Shown here one piece after another: positions 1 to 13,899 of a stretch of DNA of 64,000 nt. The notes under the pieces are model-generated. The model was not told where the DNA came from, searched no databases, and saw nothing but the letters and a program-made list of their open reading frames with translations. The translations under genes and the position numbers were made by a program. The stretch is from Vicugna vicugna (Eukaryota), in assembly GCA_013265495.1 (NCBI GenBank), contig MU058009.1:374001-438000 (forward strand). Reading direction: 5' to 3'. Every line of letters starts with the position of its first letter. Position 1 is the first letter of the stretch.

Positions 1-1660
1 AAGGTAGTAGAAAAAGAAAATAATAAAGAATAGGATGGAAAAAAATGAAATAGAGACTAAAAAAATATGAAAGGTTAATGAAATTAAGAACTGGTTCTTT
101 GAAAAGATAAACAAAATTGATAAACCTTTAGCCAGATTCATTAAAAGAAAAAGAGAGATGACCTAAATAAATAAAATCAGAAATAAAAGGGGATAAGTTA
201 CAACTGATGAACAGAGAATCAAAAAATTTCAACAAAATATTAGCAAGCCAAATTCAACAACACATTAAAAAGATAAAATTGGATTTATTTCAGGGATGTA
301 GATGGTTTAATACCTGAAAAGTCAATCAGTGTGATAGACCACACTAACAGAACGAAGAACAAAAATCATATGGCCATCTCAAAAGACGCAGAAAAAGCTT
401 TTGACAAAACCTAACGTTCATATATGATAAAACCCCTCAGTAAAGCGGGTATAGAGAAAACATAACTCAACATAATAAAGACCATAAATGACAGACTCGC
501 AGAAACACCATACTCAATGGTGAAAAGCTGAAAGTATTTCCTCTAAGATCAGGAGCAAGACAAGGATGCCCACTCCTGCCACCTTTATTCAACTTGGTAT
601 TAGCAGTCTTAGCCACAGCAATCAAGCAAGAAAAAAGAAACAAAAGGCATTGGAAGGGAAGAAGTAAAAGTGTTACTATATGCAGATGACATGATACTAC
701 ACATAGAAAACCCTAAACACTCTACCAAGAAACTATTAGAACTGATAAATGTATTCAGCAATGTTGCATGGTACAAAATTTAAAATAGAGAAATCTTTTG
801 CATTTTTATACACTAACAACAAACTATCAGAAAGAGAAATTAAGAGAGTAATCCCATTTACAATTGTAGCAAAAGAAATAACATACCTAGGAATAGATTT
901 AACCAAGGAGGTGAAAGACTTGCACTCTGAAATCTACAAGACACTGATGAAAAAAAATTGAACATGATACAAATGAATGGAAAGATGATGCTTATGGATT
1001 GAAAAAATTAATATTGTTAAAATGCCCATGCATTAAAGCAAACTTAAAGCAAACTACAGATTCAATGCAATCCCTATCAAAATACCCAGGGCATTTTTCA
1101 CAGAACTGGAACAAATAATCGTAATATTTGTGTGGCACTACAAAAGGCACATGAAAAGATGCTCAGGACCACTAACCATCAGGGATATGCAAATGAAGAC
1201 CACAGAGCACCTCACACCTGTCAGAATGGCTATTATCAAAAAGACAAGACATAACGAGTTTTGGCAAGGATGCGGAAAAAAGAGAATCCTTCTGTGGGAA
1301 TGTAAACTGATACAGTCAGTATGAAAAATAAAATGTAGTTTCCTCAAAAAATTAAAAACAGAACTACCATGTGATCCAGGAATTCCACTTCTGGGTATTA
1401 ATCTGAAGAAAATGAAAACACCAGTTTGAAAATATTTATGCACCCCAGTGTTCATTGCAGCATCATCTACAATAGCCGAGATATGGAAGCAGTCTATATG
1501 CTTAAAGATATATTACAAATATATATGTCAAAAATATTGTGATAATTTTGTATGATGACTGAAGGTAACCAGACTTAAATAAAAGTATTGAGTCACCATG
1601 TTACACACCTGAAACTAATACAATACTGTATGTCAATTATACTTTAATTAAAAAATAGAA
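1..1660 (+). mobile_element. LINE-1 fragment (decayed ORF2 reverse transcriptase and C-terminal region plus 3' end), internally deleted, cut by window start
   Basis: A-rich sense strand. RT motifs [14 protein letters not shown] (about 552-593) and YADDM (TAT GCA GAT GAC at 679-690). C-terminal RHMKRCS...HLTPVRMAIIKK. L1 3' end 'acacctgaaactaatacaatactgtatgtcaattatactttaattaaaaaa'. Many frameshifts and stops. Confidence 0.95.
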
Positions 1661-3349
1661 ATTTGTGTTAAAAAGTTAAAAACTTGCACAGAAAAAAAAA
1701 TAGTATGCTACAGAGATGTCATTCTGCCCACCCCTTACATATATGTAAACCTTTAAAATGATCTGTCAAATGTAATAAATAGTCAATAGAATGATAGGGA
1801 ATATCTTAATTGTATTGTATTGAATGTCAACTGTGTTCTAAAAACTCCAGTTTCAAAGGAGTTCTTGAAAAGGAAGGGGCTTCCAGGAAAGTAAGTCAGG
1901 CCCCTTGGAAGGCATGCCCCCTGGATGATCAGGCCAACAGATGACCAAGACCAGGACAGGTGGAGTATTGGTCCAAGCCTGAAAAATGCCAATGGCATTA
2001 TCTCACATCTCTGGAAGAGACGGGAGCCATCTGTTGTCTTGGCTTCAGCAGTTAAATACAACAAGTTCCCCAAGGGGGAGGGGGCTTCAGCTTTGTAGGC
2101 AGCAGGGGAGACAAGGCAAAAATAAAACATTTCCTTTGGGTTAATCTGACATCTGCCCTCCATTCCATTTCCATCCCTCATGTGCTTGTGTAGCTTTCCC
2201 CTTCCTTTGCTCTGAGCGGTGTACACTCTGAATTCAGTTTGGAGTGCATCCACACGTCCCTACCAAATACACTGGTGGCATCCTGTGTTTTCTCTCCCCA
2301 GTTATGTTATAAACTTCTCAAGGTGCATGTTACTCTTCCTTTCACTCCTATATGCCTAAGCAACTCTGAGCACGTACTCAGGAAACGCTTGTTAAAATAA
2401 GAGATCCACGGATAAATCTCCCAGAGCTTTCCGGCAGGGAAAGATGGTGGTACTGTGGGTAAGCTGACTTCAGACTGAAAACTGTTTCTTGAAGGTGTCA
2501 CCTGTACTCAAGGCATTGGTTTCTTTGAGTGCCTGGATGGGCACAGCTACTGAGACACAGGGGTCCGTCTCCCAACAAATGCGGCTCCAATTCTCACATT
2601 TTTATATGCCATGTTACACACATCATTTCTGAACCTCTCAGAAGCCCATGCATTTCTGAGCATTGGCAATCAAGCATAAAGTTCTGGGGCAAGCTGTGAA
2701 ATCTCTGAAATGAAAATCAATTCCATCTCCATTTCATGGAGACTAATGTGGCATTTACAACATAAACAATCACTTCTGTTAGAGAGGAAAATTAAAAGCT
2801 GTGCTACATAAAGGCACAATGTTTAAAGTTCTAGTGGAAATGAGCATTTGGCTTTGAGATGATTACAAAGGAGTTGGGAAAAGAAAGGAAAATGGAAGAA
2901 AAGAGAAAGCCAGTCCCAACAATCCAGAAGTCCAGAGGATTCATGTATAAATTTGCTATGACTGAAGCCATTGGCCTCAGCTCAGAACTTTGGGGAGGGG
3001 GCGGGGAATCGAAAGACTGGGTATTTCCTAAGCAGTATGGGGAAGTGTTCCAAGGGCTTTTGAAAGTCATGCCAATGTCCTTTCCTGATGGTGTTAGAAG
3101 ACCCAGGAATTTTCCCATGGGCACAGGCTCAGTACCCACATGATGGTGGAGAGTCCAGCGGTTTTAAGGTCCCTCAAAGGACAGCTCTCTTGAGTCCTTG
3201 ATCTGATGACACTTCATTCTATCAACCTTAGTTTTTCTGTTGCTACAGTAGGCTCTCATGAGTTTCTGTGTGTAGAATCCCAAAGTTTTACAAGATGAAA
3301 TAAAAATTAAAGGCAGGGAAAAACAGTCTATTAGAAGTTTAAAAACCTG

Positions 3350-3480
3350 AAATTAAGCTTGGCAGTACCACTAGCTAACTAGGGAAATGTAGGCAAGAAT
3401 CCTAATTTCTGAAGATTCAGTTTCCTCATCTATAAAACTGAGGCTTGGACCATGTGATCCCTAAAGGAGACTGGCTCTAA
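3350..3480 (+). mobile_element. MIR SINE fragment
   Basis: Core 'cagtttcctcatctataaaa' preceded by a 'ggcaag' block. Confidence 0.7.
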
Positions 3481-3519
3481 CTTTTTACCATTCTCTCATT
3501 CTGCACTGGACTACAAACA

Positions 3520-4400
3520 GCCATTCAGTTGGCCTCATTTGCATGGGTGGTGGGGAGAGACACAAGCTGTTGCCAATCAGGAGGCGCTCATTTGCATAAT
3601 GGCTGTGATTCACTAATTAGCCAGAAAGACTTCCAGTACAGCCATGCAGGAAGGAACCAGGGTTCTCGCTGTGACACTATTTAACTGGGCTCCAGGTTTT
3701 TGACTATTAAGATTCTCAAAGTACTAGCCAGTAACGAACTGACTTTTCTATAAAGCTGTCCAGGCAATTAAGAGCATTAGCATCAAGGAATCTTTCTCAA
3801 TTAGCTATTTTTAGAGTGGGCTGGCAGTGCTGTCTTGCAGTCTTTTAAAGATTTTTATAACAGCACTATGCTTATTGTATTACCAGTGTCACACGCATAT
3901 TTTCATTCCATTTTTGTTCTGCATCCAATAATTTATAGTAATACTATTGTGAGGAGCAGTGATTTTCCTACCATTTGAAGAGAAGTCAGATGAGTTTCTG
4001 ATAAAGGCAGCTTTCGTTAATTCTAGTGTGAACACAGGACAACCCTGGATGTTGCTTGTACACGGATGTCAGCCAGTCATCCCGTCAGACAGCATGATTT
4101 GCCTTGATCAGAGCAGCATTTGGTGAGGCTCTGCCCTCCCCCACCCCCAAAGTGCTAATCGCCTTTCAAGGTAGAGGACAGTTGAGAACACAGCACAAAT
4201 TGCTTGCTGTTGCCCCAAAATGCTAATCACTTGCAAACATCTAAATTATGACTTGAGACCTTGCATGATAAGGTAGGAAAACAGTGTCTGTGCATACAGA
4301 ACTATTATTTACCAGTGTCAGAAATAACTATCACATTTGCATAACTGTGGTGCTAGATGACAATTTCTCCCTCAAAACTGCTTCTGTGGCAGAAAAAGCT
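3520..4400. promoter_or_regulatory. Candidate enhancer with POU octamer cluster
   Basis: Repeat-free. ATTTGCAT at 3537-3544, 3590-3597 and 4335-4342; CCAAT at 3573-3577; CTAATTAG near 3613. Motif evidence only. Confidence 0.35.
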
Positions 4401-5939
4401 TTGACCGATATGAAGTGTGGCATGTCGGCGTTTTTTTAACCCTTACGAGATGGAATGGAACCTTTGAGAATGAGATGTTTGAGCACTGATTCGGAAAACA
4501 GGAGCTACCCAGGAAAACTGTTTAAGATGCTTCTTTGATTCTGTTTATTGTGGGTGGGCTGGGTGCCATCTTGTCTAAGCCAGTGGCCTCCAAAGTGGGT
4601 TGTGGGCACTCCAGGAAGCCATTTGATCCTATGGGATACAGGAAAATATCTCACCTCTTAATTCTATACTGTTATTTTGCAGATGTATTTTTTAAATGCA
4701 TACAACACATTGGAACTGGAGTCCATGTGTGTAATTTATGCAGAGATGCATATACTTCGGGCGTATGCTGAACTTTTTACCAGTAGGGATTAGTGATCAA
4801 AGAAAAATCTTCGATGATCATTAGTAGACAACACATTCTATGGTGCTGGCCAGGAGGATGGCTTGCTTTTAAAGAGAATTTTCTAGAAGGAAAAGCTCAT
4901 TAGCTGTTTCTACAAACATACTGTTAGAGAAAGTATTTACTTCTATGACATAAAGAGCCTGACTCTAAGAACTGGACTTAAATACATCTAATATTTTATA
5001 CCCCTTTCTATTCAGACAATGAAGAAATATGCTTCTCTGAAAAGCTAGTTATCAGTGTAGTCTCTCCAAGTGAAGAATTACAGATCCAATTCTCTTTGGG
5101 GTAAGAAAGTCCATCTGGAATAAGACAGGATGAGCTGTTTTCAGAGGAGAATGGCCAGGATGGAGAAGAATTGGGCAATACGTGATGCCAGCTAAGCTAG
5201 TCCAAGCACAGGTCTAGAGTCCAAAGGCACCCTACCCAACACCCACCCAACACAGACAGAAAGACCTCTGAGCTTCCCCATGCAACTGGGTTTTAGCTGG
5301 CATGGCTTTCCTTATTCTCAAGGAATATTCATTCATCCCCATTCATTCAATCACGAATATTACCTGGATATTTAAGATGTCTCTGGCATGGTTCTGACCA
5401 TTCTGAGATTCTCTTTTCCTCTCTCCTTTTGGTCTGGGAGTCACCCGTAGGTCTCCATTCTGAAATTTTGGGAGGCTGCCAACTCACGGCTCCTATTTAT
5501 TGTCCATTGCTCCCCTAGTGAGAACCCTAGCTCATTAAATATGTTCAAACAGAGCTCAAACAGTAGGAGGAGAAGTGAGAGCTTTCACAGCCAGTGGGAG
5601 CCACCAGGCACGCCCAGCCTATCTGCACCAACCCCACTTCTTCCCGGCAGCTGTCTCCATCAGAGGGCTTCATTCTAGCATGTTCATGCAGCTTGCATTT
5701 CTATGGACCACCAACAACTATTTCACTCATGTTTGGGAACCCCCTTTATGTTCAGTCTTGAGCTTGATGCTGGAGGGCTCCCAAGGAGCACTTAAGAGCC
5801 AGTCCCTGTTCTTTCTGCCTTGCATCATAATTAGAAGAATTAACAAGACTATCGCAGAGCAAGACGAACCCACTGTCACACACACATCACCACACCCAGC
5901 AGGGCCAGTGCTCTCTCCTAGGGTCTGCTGGGAATTGGG

Positions 5940-6175
5940 AGGCTGTTGTGATGCAGTAATAAAGTCGAGGACTTGAAGTCACATGATCATGATTCCAGTC
6001 ATAGCTCCATCACTTATTAGCTATACGACCTTGGGCAAACGACTTCTATCTCTGAGTCTTATCAGATAGAGGCCTATGATACCTATGGATAGGACAGTCT
6101 TGAGGAGGAACTGAAACAATCGGTGTGGAAATGCTTTATAAACTGGAGCGCACCATGCGCATCTTAGGAGTTACT
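5940..6175 (+). mobile_element. MIR SINE
   Basis: 'agctccatcacttattagctatacgaccttgggcaaacgacttctatctctgagtctt' matches the MIR core; 3' 'gtgtggaaatgctttataaactg'. Confidence 0.8.
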
Positions 6176-6623
6176 GTTAAAGGAGGGTGGTCACTCTGGT
6201 TTGGGGTGGTTAGGAAGGTGGTTATTCTGTTGTCCATTTTCACCCTCTAGGACGCATACTGTTAACAATAAATGGAGTAAGAAACCAAAGCTCAGTGTCT
6301 CTACACATTCCTTGATGTTGGACCATGGGGGACGTGGTCCACTTCCTCCAACCCATCCCTTCTTCTCGAATCTGCTAGGGCTTGGAATCCCTGTCCTGAC
6401 CAGTCTGAGAAGAACGGAAACTCTGGGTGGAAATGGAGTTGACAGGGGCTCGGGGTCATGAACGGCCTAAATAAAGGAAGCGCGATGGCAATCTGCCTGT
6501 CCCAGGCAAAGGCTACTGACAGCCCTCCCTGAGGCTCACTGCAGGGGACCATGGTGGACTGGCCATGCCTGAGAATTTCTTACCCATTGAGGCGGGCAGG
6601 GTATTGCGACTTGCCACTCATCA

Positions 6624-6637
6624 CCAGCAGAGGGCAG
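6624..6637 (+). promoter_or_regulatory. CTCF core motif (forward)
   Basis: CCAGCAGAGGGCAG fits CCASYAGRKGGCRS with no mismatch. Confidence 0.4.
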
Positions 6638-8009
6638 TGTCCAGAGTCTATTCCTACTGCCTCCTCCGGAGTAAGACAACCCCAGTCCCATCCCCTGCTC
6701 CTTCTCCTCTGAAACGAGGTTAGCGGTCAACAGCTCCTTGGAAATGCCCTGAAGTGTCAGGATCCGTAAATGGGAAGAGGATTTAGGAAGCAAATGCAAG
6801 CCTAACTCACTCAGATTATATGTCTATACTGTTATTACTTTGGGACGTAGTTACTCTTACGGCTAACTAATCTTGGAGAAATGTAATTACCGTGTAGTGC
6901 CTGTATATCACCGGATCGTAGGAGGTAGACCGCGGGCACCCCTCCCGGCCCCTGGGGGCTGGAGCAGAGTTATGATCCGTGCTGTTTCTTCTTGGTTTTA
7001 TCTTCTTTCCTATAAAAATCTCTTGGGGAGCCTCCCCAGGAGGTTGCCCCCTGCTTTCAATCTCATTTCCTGATATCTAGCTCTGAATCTCCCATAATTG
7101 AATTTACTCCGGGTCTCCTGGTTGTTCATCTTCGCTTACTCCTCTTTCATTTTGCAATGCCCTGGGGAGTGCTTGCAGTGGGACCCCCGGGCTGGGGGAG
7201 CTGGCTTGCATTGGGCTGCCAAAGCCGATGCCTCATGTTCGTTAGAAATAATGTCCACAGAGACAAAGATTACTAGATGTTTCTGATAGACATTCTTCTT
7301 TGCTTTTTTAGCTACCACTAAAGCACACCCGAAAGATGAGTGGAAAATGTGGCTGCCCAGAATAAGCCTGCACTCCCCATCCTTCCGTGCAGCTATGTGA
7401 TCAACTCCTGGCCAACGACACGTGAGCAGGAGGGATGGGTCCACCATTAAAAGAAAGAGACAAGTGCTTCCCTTCTGTTTCTCCCCTTCCCGTCGACTGG
7501 AATGTGGGCAGGACAGTGGGAGTTGAAGCATGGACAGAGATGGGAGTCATGCTCTCCTGCCCACCTCCTGACTGCCTGTGACAGAGAGATGAACTCTGTT
7601 GGTTTACAACATGGTTAAGTTGGGTCTTTGTCACGTGACCCTAAGAGGTTGCATGACTGTTGCTATGGAGACCTTCAGTGCAGGGGGGTGAGAGTGGGGA
7701 CTCCTGTCATGTTCTCCTTTGTCAACTTGCTAGGCAGGCTCTTTGGGTAAAAGTTAAGTTGGAGGTGGGGCACAGCTCCCCCGAACTGGGGACATCTTTT
7801 GCAAGTCCCTTCCAACTCGTGCTTGGTCCTGAATCTCTCCTTTGTTTCTTTGTTTCCCTTTGGTTGTGGCTGACAGCTATGGAGAGACACTCTCAGAGGC
7901 CACTCACGCTCAGGGCTCCCAGGACTGAAGTTTGAGAGCGTGACAAGGTAGGAAGAGAGTGGCAGGGGCTCAGGGGTCCTGCCCTGACTTCCAAACACGT
8001 TTCTCTCGT

Positions 8010-8170
8010 TGTCTGGGTGAGAAAAAAGAGTGCTGGTCTGGATTCGAGAGCTGATTCTGGCTCTGCCATGAGCCAGCTGTGTGATTTTTGAACAACTCTC
8101 TTCCTTCTGGAGCCAAATAAGGGAGTTAGGCTAGATGATGGCTGGAATTCCTTCCAACCTGGCATTCCAT
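8010..8170 (+). mobile_element. MIR/MIR3 SINE fragment
   Basis: 'ctggctctgccatgagccagctgtgtgattttt' and a MIR3-like tail 'ggctagatgatggctggaattccttccaacct'. Confidence 0.65.
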
Positions 8171-8559
8171 AATCTGACAGCTCCATGACCAGCCTTGTGG
8201 ATGCAGTGTGATCTTCAATATATGAAGCAAATGATGACCCTAGGAAGGTCCACATCTGTGCTGAGGGATGGGCGGAGCAGCTCTGCTCACTTCTCATCAT
8301 TTGCTGAGCCCTGAACGGTGCTCTGTTGGTGGCGGGGCAGGGGGATGGAGGGTGCGAGGGGCATTACAGAGGTGACAGCTGTCAGGGGTCTTCTCTTGAG
8401 CAGTCTGGTCTCTCTGGAGCCAAGTGACATGCACATGGAATCTATAACAGCCTGATCGGTTACTCAAGGGCTGGGCCCCGGTGGAGGGGCCGAAGCCCTG
8501 GCAGGGCTCCGTGGGAGGTGAGCGGGTGCCCTCAGCACAGGACTGAAGCCTGCCCTTCC

Positions 8560-8705
8560 CCATCCTTGCTATATGACCTTGAATGAGTTTCCAAGCCTCC
8601 GTTTCCTCACCTGTCAAGTCACGATGACAGAAACGGCCCCCTCTCATGTGCACACGTGGGGAGGAATATTCGCGCCAAACCGGACCCACAGGAGGTGCTG
8701 AGCGA
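8560..8705 (+). mobile_element. MIR SINE fragment
   Basis: 'gctatatgaccttgaatgagtttccaagcctccgtttcctcacctgtcaa'. Confidence 0.65.
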
Positions 8706-11700
8706 GCGCGGTTTCTCTGTCTCCCTCTCTTCTCTGAGAGCGTCAGACTCTGGTTAAGCATCCCACTTGGACTGCAGCGACCTTCCGACTCTCTTGGCTT
8801 CTGCCGCCTGGATCTTTCCTCTCTTTTCCTGTCTCTTTTCTTCCCCACAAGCCTGCACCAGTGCCCCCTCCCCAGCCAAGTTCTCCCATCATCCTTCTTT
8901 GCGGAGGGCAAGGACAGGTGGGGTTATACAGATGCCCAGTGATATTTCAGAAGCTCTAATTAAGGGGAGGATTATGCATGCCATTTGAGTTTTAAAAAGG
9001 ATTCAGATCAGAATGAATCAAATGCTAGCTTTCCCTCTGTCTAACCCGCTCACCCACATACCCTGGGGGCAAAATGAAACGGAACTCGGTTTCTCCATGA
9101 AAGACATCAGACAGCAGGTCATTCTGGTCCATGGGCCGACGGCAGCAGTGCCGCAGTCTCGGCGAACATCAGCTCTGCCGTGCGCACTGCCCCTCACTCC
9201 CTCTCCTAGCGGCTGTGGATGGAAGGTGACCGCCCTGTGCTGTGTTCTGCCTTTGGCGGAAGCTTCGGAGGTTTGTGCTACAAACAGGTGGCAGTGTGGA
9301 TTCGGGTTTTGCTGCTCTGGGTTTGCTCTCAGCGGATGCACCTTCTCCGGGGGCACTGGGGACCTTCTCCCCTCGGCTCCTTCTCTGCCGCAGCCCCACT
9401 GCCTCACGAGGCTCCCGCCAGCCCTCTGTGAGCCAGTGACAACCGGACCTCAATCCCGAAAATGATTGTCCACTCATTCCACGAGTCTCAGTTTCTGCTA
9501 TCTTTGCTTAGCACCCCTCCCTCTCTCTGCACACACAGGCCCCAAATGCTGGGTTTGTCAGTTACTTCACACACGGGGCAGGTACATAATATTCAGCTGC
9601 TGGGGGTTGTGATGTCAGCCTCGGGGACCCCATACACATGGCTCTTCCACGGCCCTACTTCAGGACCCAAAGTGGGGGTCCCCTGAAGGCTGGGCCTTCG
9701 GCTGAGACCCCCACACGCCCGGATCCTCTGCAGTGAACCACCTAAGGGTCCCTTGCATCAATACCTCAGCTCTGATCGTCAAGTGCAGGAGTTCCTTGCT
9801 GTGGTTTGAAGAATTCTGGAGGGCAATCAAACAGTGCACAGGTGGAAAAGTCAAAGCTATCAGCTTGGAGACAACACAAGAGGGCAGTCATGGTGCCAAG
9901 AGATGGGGGAGGGAAGCCGTGCATTAAAGGTCAGAGGGTCATAAAAAGTGCCTAGAATCTCCCACCTTCTGCGGCCACAGACTGGTAACTCAGAAGTCCC
10001 TGATGGTCACCAGATACCCCTGACCAACCATATTCCACGACTCTGCCAACTCTTTCTACTGGGTAGGTGTCAGTTTCCCTAACTATAAAACGAAAGCCAT
10101 GATGGTGGACAAACTTCTAGGGCTGAAAGAAGGGGAGTCTTGACCCAGCTGTCACCAGGTCCATCTATGGATTTATGCACGTCCTAAAATCCCTCAGACT
10201 TAGGTTCCCGTGTCCTTCCCCACTCTCTTCCCAGTATTTCTCCTTTCCAGGGCGGCTCCCAACTGCAGACGGCGCAGAGCAAAGCAAAAGCCTGGACCAA
10301 CGTGCCCACGTCCTCCTGAGGACCGGGGGCGTCTGTCCCCCACACCCACACCCACGCAGCACCTGCGCCCCCGGACCCTCGCAGAGCGTGTGGGGGAGCA
10401 TCTTCCTTGTCACAGGTGCTCCTCGCAGGTGCTATGATATTGCAGCTGGGTTGTGGTTCCAGCATTTAGCTGTGGAATAAACAATGTTCTGATAGTTGCC
10501 TGGTCACGATCATTTACTTCTATAGTGTTTTTTTTAATTGAAGTATGTAGTTATTTTATTGAAGAAAGCCCTTTTCCTTAGGGCTCCAGGAAGAGGGCAC
10601 TACTATAATTGTCTTCACTGTCTCCCTTTAGTGAGGTCAGAGATCAGGCAAAGGGAGTCAGGTGGTTTTAGAAGGGGCGAAGCAGCAGCGACAAAGGTGA
10701 TCTCAGCCTGTGAGTGAGGCACTCCTCAGCTCTCAGGGCAGTTAATTGTCCCCACTGCTGCCATCTGGCTGGGAGGCGAGGAAGTGATTATGGCCACGTA
10801 CTCAGCTAGGTTCCAGCTCACCATTTTTTTTTCCAGTTAAAACTTTAAAAATTTAATTTGCTGTCACCCCCGACCCCCTGGCAAGCCCCATAATCCGGTG
10901 TTCTACGGTTTCCACTTTAGCTTTATGTTACAGAATCCGTCACCAGCAATCCAAGCTGGGCCACCCGGGAAGGATGCTCTCAGTGGAGTAAATTCATCTC
11001 CTTGTTTTGCTGTTTCCTTCCAATCCCCATAACCCTTTGCATTTGCCAGCCCTCCAGGGGTGGCCTCCAGTATCATTTTTGTCTCTAATGTTGTGAGTGG
11101 GTTAAAATGATCATCTCTTGGGATGCCTAAACCAACTGGAGTCTCTCTCCCCCACCTCCTCCCCTGTCTTCCTGGCCTTCGGTTGGCTGAGAACAGTAGG
11201 AGCCCGTAACAGACAGCGTGTCATCCATTCCTGACAGCCTCGCTGCTGTAATATGGGCCTGCCAGGCCCATTACAGTAATGACAGCATCGCAGAATTAGA
11301 ACACTCACTCCTACATAGAGAGGAAAGAACCTGGGGAGAGAGGGGGCAGGGTTGGAATCTTGTGCTAGTTGGCTTTCTCTCTCTCTCCTCTCCTCCTAAG
11401 ATGTGTGGCATTATTCCTCTTTCATTTTCTTTTATTCCATTAAAGAGAGAGACGGGCATGCAACCCTGTGTCTCTAACCCAGCAAACTTGTTTGCTGGGA
11501 AGGGGACGGCATCACCTGGGTCTTAGGGAAACATTGTAAGAGGTTGCTGTGCCTCGTGGTGCAGTTAAGAGCATCACCCATGATCCTCTCCCCGAATGGG
11601 GCACATTCACAGGCGCTCTTGGCTAGGGCTTTCGTCATCTCAACAGGCACCTGTGGAATTAACGTTCTGCCTGGGGCAGGGGGAGACGGGTGCTGAAAAC

Positions 11701-12869
11701 CTGATGATCATCTTCCTGACTGGGGATCAGAAAGTGCTGTTGATAATTATGCTGGTTAAAGTGATTTGCTTATGCTGATTCATCCCTGAGGACTCTTTTG
11801 TGAAGGTAAGAGAAAGAGATTGCTCCCTCTGGCATGCAGGCAAACTGAGGCACGGAGACAAAGCACTAATTCTTCCTGGCCACAGGGAATGGTCCAGGCA
11901 CAGAGACTGAGGGCCCTGCACAGAGGAGGGGGTTGGGGGTGGATGCTTTGTGCGTAAGGGGAACCAATGTGAGATATACAGGCGGTCTAACACAACAAAG
12001 AGATGGGCATGACCGAGGCCCCCAGCGCTCCTGCTGAGTGTGGCTGTTTAGGAACAAGGCTAGAAGCACATTGGTGGAGGTGCTGGGGTTTCCAGGGGGT
12101 GTCAGGCTCAAATGGGGGGACAGGGCAGCTGGCAGTACACACTGGGACACAGGAAGAGACAGCAAGTCTAGAAGTCAGCTTCCCTCCCTATGTGTTTTAC
12201 ATCAGGCCCCCAGCCCCATGGTCAAGGGCCTCTGGGACAGACCAAGGACTTTTCCTACCAAATCTGATGGCAGGGGGCTGGTGCATCTAACATTGCACGA
12301 CGTCTAATACATCGCCATTACCGGCTTACATGTGTCTCCCTTAGCGAAGGGCCCAGAAACATGGTAGGGGCTTAATCGATTCACTAAGGGCCAGTGGTCA
12401 GGGTAGGCTCCGTGGAAGCAAATCTTGAAGGATGGATAGAATTTTGATAGATGATAAGGAGAGGCCAGAGCACATGAATCCTGCAACACCTGCTCAAGTC
12501 GACGTGGACGTGATTGAAATATACTGTCATCAGGAAGGGGAGCCCATCCCCGTGGAAACCGTGTGACCCTCTCCTCTCTCCAGTGTGACAGCTGATGCGA
12601 ATGATGGATGTCGATTTGCATATGATATTCACGCATTTTGTATATTTTCATTTAACATTGAAATGCATGGACAGACTTCTCAGTCTCCCAGTTTCTTCCT
12701 TCCTTCATTTAGCAGCTTTTAATTAAATGTCTCCTGAATATCCTGCTTGATGTTGGGCCCTGGGAAGGATAAGGAAGTAGAAATGTGTCCTTGGTGAACT
12801 CCCAGAGGACGGCTCCCAGGGGAGAGGCAAAAGATTACAACACGGATTCCAGCTGGTGTCGTGCAATCA

Positions 12870-13035
12870 AAAGATGTGGGTCTCAGTATTGACTCTGGTG
12901 TGCTGTGTGGTCTTGGGCAACTGGCAACCTCCTTGAGCCCTGGTTCCTCATTTGCAAAGCGAGGGTAATAATACGTAACTGCTCAGGTTGACATAACAGG
13001 GTGATGGGCACACGGCTAGGACTCTGCGGATAACA
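12870..13035 (+). mobile_element. MIR SINE fragment
   Basis: 'gctgtgtggtcttgggcaactggcaacctccttgagccctggttcctcatttgcaaagcgagggtaataata'. Confidence 0.75.
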
Positions 13036-13899
13036 GCTGTTGATGACCATTTTTCCCAGCTCCCTCTATAGGAAGGTTTGAGGATCCCATTAAAGTCTCC
13101 TGACTAGACTCCACAGGCATGTCCAGCTTCCCTCCTTCCCACATGCCAAGCCTCAGAGTCTGGGTGACCACAGCTCAACCTGGAGCAGTGCCTGAGCCAG
13201 CAGCCCGAGTCGGGTGTGGGCAGGAGCCCCCCTGCTGCACCCCGGTCAGCGTCCTCCGGCCACTGCTGCTCCAGTCGTGAGCGGAACCCACGCACTCACT
13301 TCCTTTCTCTTCTCTTGCCTTAAACATGCCCCAGAGAGACCAAAAATTGATCCCTCACCTGACCTACAGACACCCAAAGGAGCCTTCCGGTTTTCTCCCG
13401 AGACTTCGGCCCCGTCCCTGCGGGTCAGCCCCTTCCCCTTCCTGTCGCTCCAGTCCCACCCAGCAGCATTTGGGGCAAGTGAGTGGGTGATGCGAGCTCA
13501 GACACGATGTATGGCGTGTGATCCATTTGCGCCAGGGGATTCTGAATACGTAATAATCGTCTGCAAATGGCAATTCACAGAATGTTTTTTAAAATGCCTT
13601 GATGGTTATAAAATCATGCGAAGCGCGTCAGGCGTCTTGTTGGGAGTGGTCACGGGGGCGGCCGGTCACGCACGAGCTTTGAGTGGCCTGGTAACTCCGC
13701 CCCGTCACACCGGACAGGGGAGGCTCCCTTGCCTGCCACCCGCCACCCCTGGGGCTCTCCCTCACGGGGGCATTTGAGGAGGGCTCACTTCGGCTTCCCC
13801 CTGGAGCCCTTGCCCGGGCTCCACATCGCATCCCAGGCAGACGAGGGAGCTGACCAGCGGCGCCACGGAAGATGGAGGGGCAGGAAGAGGAAGCAACAC

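Noticed and set aside
749..1455. ORFs with L1 ORF2-like peptides
   Set aside because: Fragments of a frameshifted, deleted L1; not functional CDS.
8297..8911. 204-aa minus-strand ORF
   Set aside because: Runs through a MIR and a purine-rich tract; no protein family recognisable.
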